The position numbers were made by a program, and so were the translations under genes. Under the pieces are notes generated by a model. The model had not been told where the DNA came from. It did not search any database and worked only from the letters and a program-made list of their open reading frames with translations. A stretch of DNA of 10,253 bases from Amoeboradix gromovi X-113 (Eukaryota; Fungi; Sanchytriomycota), in contig JADGIF010000352.1 in NCBI GenBank assembly GCA_018985225.1, forward strand, positions 1-10,253, written 5' to 3'. Positions 8,604 through 10,253 of this stretch are shown here, piece by piece. Positions within the stretch are counted from its first letter, which is position 1. Each line of letters starts with the position of its first letter.

Positions 8604-10023
8604 ATGAAGTCGCTATTTAGAAAAAAGACTGTTCATATTAGTGAAAAAAAAGTAGAGAAGTTAGATTCCAAAGAAAGTTTCACTGAGGCTGTTGTCACTG
8701 AGAAGAAGATAGTAGAGCCAATCTTTTATCCTCATCAAGATATTTATTCGCTTCCGATTCAACTGCTCAACCAAGTATACAATAAAAATGCCAAATTTCA
8801 GGCGTTTCCTTTAAACAACTTAAAACAAATTAGAACTTGTGGCAAGTATAGTTTAAAACAGCAATCGCACAGATTCATTTTACAAGAGGAAGACAGCGGG
8901 TTAGCAAGCAAAGAGTTATTACATTCCTTTGACACTACAGTGTATGACAGTGGTTATGTGCATTTGGTTATTAAAGATGTATACTTGCAGAATGTCCCTA
9001 TAAAATTGAAATTGAAATTTGTTGTCAAGTGCGGAGATTTTCAGTCAGAGTCTGATTACACGGATAGCAGACAGAGTTACAGAAACTCAGAAGAATTAGG
9101 TATATATGTGATTAAGATCAGAGAAAATGCAAGTGTAAACATTGATGTGTATGCTAAATTTGTTCCAGAAGAAGAAATGAAATCGGCCCTCGACAAATTT
9201 AAAAATAGAAAGGTAAAAGCGCAGTTTGCCGACCATCTAAGGCAATTTAGCGGAAGATCCCAGAGATCCTTTAATTTGGACCAGGAATTCAAAATTGGAT
9301 CGTTCATGCTTGATTTGTTTGCCTGTAATGTACAGCATATTAAGAAAACTCTGAGCATTAACATTGGAGAACTTTTAAATTCTGCGCTTCTTGAAAACAG
9401 AATGGATGCAAAATATGACAATGCTACTTGTGAAGTCACCATAGACTTGGGACTAATGCAGTTGGAGTCATATGATAATGTATTTATTACTTATTTAGAT
9501 TGGTATCGGTCCCATGGAAAACTATCTAACAGTACTAACCAATGAGACAGGCCTTCCATTAATGACAAGATATTTTGCCAAGTTAGAAAATGGGTCGCTT
9601 TATCTTTACAACTTTTACAATCCTACCAACCCAATCAGTATGCTGTCTTTAGAAGAAGTTTTGGAGCTTAGAATAACCGATAGGGAATTTAATGATCTTC
9701 CATACTCTTTTGAGCTGGTGCTAAAACATACTGTTCGTGACTACTACCAGTACGAGGATTCCACTGCAAGCTATCAATCAGAATTTAGATTTGGTGTGCC
9801 AACCAATGCTGTCTTATGGGAAGCATGCCCTGATTCTCTGCAAAAGGGAAACATCATTTACAACAGACCGATGTTGCGGCCTATTACTGACAGAAAAATA
9901 AAGCTACAGCAAGCACCACAACAAATGGCGTTTGTAGTTATAGCAGACAACAATGAACTAAGACAGGAATGGTGGGAGAAATTGAGTCGACACTTGACTA
10001 TTAAAAGGATTTTAAGTAAATGA
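8604..10023 (+). CDS. Anillin/Bud4-like protein (C2-like anillin-homology region + C-terminal PH); exons 8604-9479 and 9499-10023, 466 aa
   Basis: Track ORFs 8592-9545 and 9514-10023 are joined in frame by a 19-nt intron (YDN|IGIGPMENYLTV). The PH domain resembles anillin (YLTV..RYFAKL..NPIS..DREF..SFEL..ADNNELRQEWWEKL). DSGYVHLVIKDV..NVP recalls the start of the Bud4 anillin-homology region. Confidence 0.75.
9480..9498 (+). other. 19-nt spliceosomal intron (GTATTTATTACTTATTTAG), phase 0
   Basis: GTA donor, TTTAG acceptor, very AT-rich. Removal fuses two overlapping ORFs in frame into one plausible domain architecture. Confidence 0.88.
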
Positions 10024-10177
10024 ATTTATAATTAAATCAAGACTTAAAACCACCTCAAAGTTAAAAGGTTAATCATTAAAATAAGTTGATCTCTTGGTTT
10101 TCGGATACTTCCAATCAGTCTTACTTATTTAAAATAATAGAATTTCACCTGTAAAAAGCAAAATTTGGTATTTCCAG

Positions 10178-10208
10178 CTACATGGGACACACTCTGTAAA
10201 AACTAGAC
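10178..10208 (+). repeat. Dispersed copy of the 31-bp terminal motif (CTACATGGGACAC-N6-TAAAAACTAGAC)
   Basis: Gap-free match to the reverse complement of 4252-4282: 13 bp exact, a 6-bp variable spacer, then 12 bp exact. Confidence 0.8.
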
Positions 10209-10253
10209 TAGGGATAAAAAGCGAGTGACGAGATTTACCCAGTTGAACTTTTC

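Noticed and set aside
632-9442. Short nested ORFs (632, 5969, 6228, 6242, 7120, 7247, 7818, 7956, 9077)
   Set aside because: Antisense or alternative-frame shadows of well-supported genes.
5733-10023. RhoGAP-RABL2-anillin as a functional polarity/cytokinesis cluster
   Set aside because: RABL2 is ciliary and not a Rho-family substrate. Adjacency in a dense genome is not evidence without conserved synteny.
1-10253. Nuclear TAA/TAG=Gln code as in some aphelids and ciliates
   Set aside because: The long conserved CDSs contain no in-frame TAA/TAG outside introns, and genes end in TAA, TAG and TGA.
1-10253. tRNA, rRNA, snRNA genes or CRISPR array
   Set aside because: No recognisable conserved RNA motifs, cloverleaf or repeat-spacer array by eye. 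An Infernal/Rfam scan would be needed to exclude divergent ncRNAs.

Overview
AT-rich, very compact eukaryotic nuclear DNA in the standard genetic code, most likely from a zoosporic or early-diverging fungus: it has a Bem3-type PX-PH-RhoGAP, a Bud4/anillin-like gene and the cilium-associated GTPase RABL2. The left block holds a coiled-coil protein, an EamA/SLC35G-like transporter and an NTM1/Tae1 N-terminal methyltransferase. The right block holds the RhoGAP, RABL2 and the anillin-like gene. The main observation is that the ORF track mis-ends or splits the right-block genes because they carry ultra-short GT-AG introns of 21, 19 and 19 nt, with a probable fourth of 20 nt in the first gene. Removing them restores conserved motifs or joins domains in frame. 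The roughly 3.5 kb centre (2187-5732) has no conserved genes. It contains an unannotated 49-aa secreted-type peptide precursor (signal, KR site, three 9-aa MYG repeats), a 285-bp MITE-like inverted-repeat element whose end recurs at 10178, decayed coding-like sequence, and a 319-codon frame broken only by TGA. All family calls come from motif recognition by eye; no searches were run.
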